From Ranitomeya imitator (lineage: Eukaryota): a DNA stretch of 64,000 nt. Shown here in pieces: positions 60,481-64,000 of the stretch. Position numbers and translations under genes: made by a program. Location of the stretch: the NCBI RefSeq assembly GCF_032444005.1, contig NC_091291.1, positions 137,144,001 to 137,208,000 on the forward strand, written 5' to 3'. The number at the start of each line of letters is the position of its first letter. Position 1 is the first letter of the stretch. A model generated the notes under the pieces. It was not told the DNA's origin, made no database searches, and was given only the letters and a program-made list of their open reading frames with translations.

Positions 60481-61846
60481 AGCACCTTTTATATTTAATT
60501 TTTTTTTCTACAGAATTGCACCAGAAATAACTCATCAACAGAACTTCTGACACAATACTTTAATATTTTCGGTCATTTGCATTTTCTGACGAGAACAAAA
60601 TGCAGCAAACGGTCGTAATTTTTATTTTTTACAAAAATCATACAGTTCCCGACTCTTCACTTCTGTTTCTCCACTTCTNNNNNNNNNNNNNNNNNNNNNN
60701 NNNNNNNNNNNNNNNNNNNNNNNNNNNNNNNNNNNNNNNNNNNNNNNNNNNNNNNNNNNNNNNNNNNNNNNNNNNNNNNNNNNNNNNNNNNNNNNNNNNN
60801 NNNNNNNNNNNNNNNNTTATTCCAGTCACATTCATGGAACATCATTTTTTTTTTTTTGTGGATCTCCTCACAGTCCTTGCCACCCGGATTAAGGTTTCTG
60901 ACATTGTTTTTAATTTGGCGCCTTCTTAAGACGAATGTGTAACTCTTTCACCTAAAGGTTTTGTGCCATTTTGAGCCTGAACAGTTCCATATCTTTCCCT
61001 CTTTGTTTTTTCATTTTGTGCCGCACTCATGAACGCTTTTTTTTTTTTTTTTTTTTTTTTCGCTTTATTTTTGGCCTGTTTGGAATAAAATGTTTCACAT
61101 TAGTCTTCGAACTATGCAAAAAAAAAAAAAAAAAGACACATTTGTTATCTCCACTAAAAATGTAAAAATGGCAGAACACGTTTTGATGCAAAATTAAAGA
61201 TTCCTAAAAACCAAACTTTCACTACAAAAAGACAAAAGTCTTAATGACTCTGGGCCATAGTTCCAGTGAACGTAGCCTGATACTTGTCACAGCTGAAGGT
61301 TTGTCGCAGTTGTATCCAGCGTGCATCATCCTCCTGACTGCACAGATAGGTCTGATGTTGTTTGTCTTCTCTGATACATTGTATCAAGCTGTCAGGACAA
61401 GAGATAAGTGCTCAGCCTGGATTGTCTGGACTGGATACACTGCAGCGAACCTCCAGCTGTGCAAAGTCCTAGGTCTGTACTACTAACGTTCACCCTCTGG
61501 ATGCAAATGGTAAAAGTTGTGATTAGCTGCCAGCAAGCAGAGGTTTTAAAAATGGTGTCAAATTGAAACCCAAAGTGTATTAGACGTTTTTTGGGCAGTT
61601 CATACGGTGATTACGCTGGTAGGTTCCTTGGCATAGTGTGATAATCAATACCAGTGCTTGCGCTCAGTGAATGGCTGCAGTGTTTCTGTCCATTCCAACT
61701 CACAGACGTACAGTTCATGGGTTTGTAAACAGGATGTTTTCATCCACTGAAAGCAAGCTGAGATCTTTAAGTGTCCCAGAAAGTGATTTCTGCCTTCTTC
61801 TTGTTGCAGTCCGTGGCTTCGTCCGTTGCCTGATTGGACCAGGACC

Positions 61847-62396
61847 ATGAATTCTGATAATGGCGTCGGTAACGTTAGCATCAATGCAGAGGTCTTCAGT
61901 GGAGACGGCGAACATCAAGAAGCTCCTCCCCCTTTGACGAATGGCCCCGCCCAACTGCAGTCCGACCTCGCCGTGCCACTAAAAGTTGGCTGGAAGCAGA
62001 AATGCGCCACCTACGTCCTGGCCCTGCGTCCCTGGAGCTTCAGCGCCTCCCTCACCCCCGTGGCATTGGGCAGCGCCCTCGCCTACCGCTCGGAAGGCAC
62101 GCTGGACCTTGTGGTGTTCCTGATGTGCGCTGTGGCCGTCCTGGCCGTACACGGGGCCGGAAACTTGGTGAATACCTATTACGACTTTTCTAAAGGGATC
62201 GATCACAAGAAGAGCGATGACCGGACTCTGGTGGACCGGATCCTGGAGCCGCAGGACGTGGTCCGGTTCGGGGTGGCGCTCTACACCCTGGGGTGTGTGT
62301 GCGCCGGCTCCCTGCATTTCCTGTCCAAGCTGCGGCTGGAGCACATGGCCCTGATATATTTTGGAGGCTTGTCAAGTTCATTCCTCTACACCGGAG
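61847..62396 (+). CDS. UBIAD1: UbiA prenyltransferase domain-containing protein 1, first coding exon
   Basis: [32 protein letters not shown]...[26 protein letters not shown]...FLYTG; acceptor before 61810, donor GAG|GTGGGT at the human-equivalent position. Confidence 0.97.
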
Positions 62397-62559
62397 GTGG
62401 GTTCTAAGTATCGACTCCAATAATATTAGCTTATTGTCATGGAAGGGATCACAATTCTGTGCCACAGTCTGTGGGGGTCCGAGCAGCAAGTCCCCTGGAG
62501 GGGTATAGTCAGCCGATAAGATTATAGCTGCCTGCAACCACCACTAGAGGGAGCTCACT

Positions 62560-64000
62560 CAGGGCTGCGGAGTCAGTAAGTCAAACCTCCGACTCCTCAA
62601 TTTCCATGACTCCGACTCCCTCATACGTGGCTCGTGTCTAAGTTTGTGATAAACTTACTGTAGTAAAATGGTGACATCAGGCTTTTAATCTTTATTATGA
62701 TACAATAATCAAGCCATTTAGATAGAACGTAAAATATATTTATTGCAATACAACTTTCGAGCAAAAAAAAAAAAAAAAAAAACTTTGCATATTTACAATT
62801 TATTATACACTCTGCGGTAAGTGGTTAAAAAAAAAAAAGTTTTCAACAAAAATGTACTGAATAACATTTGTGCAGTCTATGTATTTGTTCTGCGAAATAG
62901 TATCGCCTCCATCAGATCCCCCTTCATAGATGACCTCAAATCTGACCTAATTATTTTAAGGCTAAAGAACGACCTCTCTACACTAACGTGGGTTGGTGGT
63001 AAAGCAGTGACCACATGGGCGACATCTCTAACAATTTCAGGGTGTAAAGGAATTGCCTCGTGCACAGTCGGTTTTGAGGGATGATTGAACTCTTCTACTT
63101 CTTTGAGAGCAAGTGAAAATCGTTGCTGAAATATGATCAATCGGTTTTCTATGGGAGTGGAATCTTTTTCCCTGTGGCGACGCTTTGCCTGCTCCATGTC
63201 GTCCAAATTACTTTTCAAAATCAAACTCCTCATCTGATGAGGATGAAGGCACGGCAGCAGCAGCACTAGCAGGACCCGAGTCCTCTTGCTCTTGGCCGTC
63301 CTGTGGCCCACTCATCCTAACTGTTGCCTCAATCAGAGCTTCTTTTCCTTTAGTAAGCTGTTGATCATCCAGCAATATACGATGACTCTGGTCCACATAA
63401 ACAGCTGCCAGAAGAATTTTATTTTCTAATAGCTGTGTCTCTCTGCGTTTCATTGAAGCAGCAATGCCATCTGCAATTACAACTCCTCTTTGGGACAGCC
63501 AAAACAGCAAGTTCTTCCACTCCTTTATAAAAAATGCCAGGAGTTAAATCCTCAGCTTGTAACTTTTTAGCCACTGTAAATGGGTGAAGCAATTCCTTTA
63601 TATTCAGCCACCTGTGTCTGTTGACCTTCATGTAGTGTTACCTGAGGGTTGGCCATATTTACAAGGAAGGGTTTCCGCTCAAGCCATCGCTCAATCATTA
63701 AATAGGTGCTGCCCCACCGAGTGGCTTGATCCACAATTGCCTGTTTTCCAGCACGTTTCTTCAAGATGGAATCCGTTTTAGCGATTCTTGCAGCAATAGC
63801 CACTTTCCTCACTTTGCTAATCAGAGTTCCAGCTTGTGCCTCTTGCAGACTATCTCTTATTGCCATCTGTAGCGTCTGCACAAAACAGCTCTTGTGATGA
63901 ATAGGAAAGAGGTGTGAAGCAGCTTCAACAAGATCATCTAATTGTAAAGAATAATTTTGCTGTTTTTCTGTAGTAATATCTGTTTGTTCCTCCGTTATGG
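62560..64000 (-). mobile_element. hAT DNA transposon with frameshifted transposase, runs off the window edge
   Basis: Terminus CAGGGCTGCGGAGTC with GACTCC subterminal repeats; TRWGSTYLM motif; hATC dimerisation motif LPPTHVSVERSFFSLK...LRSS; split over 4 ORF pieces (62877-63881). Confidence 0.85.

Noticed and set aside
1-64000. tRNA, rRNA or snRNA genes
   Set aside because: No recognisable signatures seen by eye; a covariance-model scan (tRNAscan-SE, Infernal/Rfam) would be needed to exclude small intronic ncRNAs.

Overview
Vertebrate genomic DNA. The DIRS, MITE and tandem-repeat families suggest an anuran, probably a hyloid frog (inference). Three genes are present. (1) MTOR on the minus strand: putative non-coding exon 1 at about 54.5 kb and 29 coding exons (2-30, numbered by homology to human; 4,433 nt, about 1,477 codons of HEAT repeats and the start of the FAT domain), continuing beyond the left edge. 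(2) A complete 5-exon ANGPTL7 (348 aa) nested antisense in MTOR intron 28. (3) The 5' part of UBIAD1 on the plus strand, head-to-head with MTOR. MTOR intron 1 holds a structurally complete but coding-degenerate DIRS1-type tyrosine-recombinase retrotransposon (46786-52967) with identical inverted terminal repeats, an internal complementary region, and gag/RT-RNaseH/adenine-methyltransferase/recombinase remnants. The UBIAD1 introns hold a solo LTR with a 5-bp TSD and a decayed hAT transposase. Over a fifth of the window is made up of a dozen unrelated minisatellite arrays, and these explain almost all long ORFs in the track. No new enzymatic system was found. The best leads are regulatory: an array that is an amplified MTOR branch point, a candidate poison exon, dual-donor/uORF first exons in both MTOR and UBIAD1, and an E-box/HRE-bearing VNTR next to the MTOR promoter. 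Exon boundaries were read by hand from splice sites; repeat boundaries are approximate.
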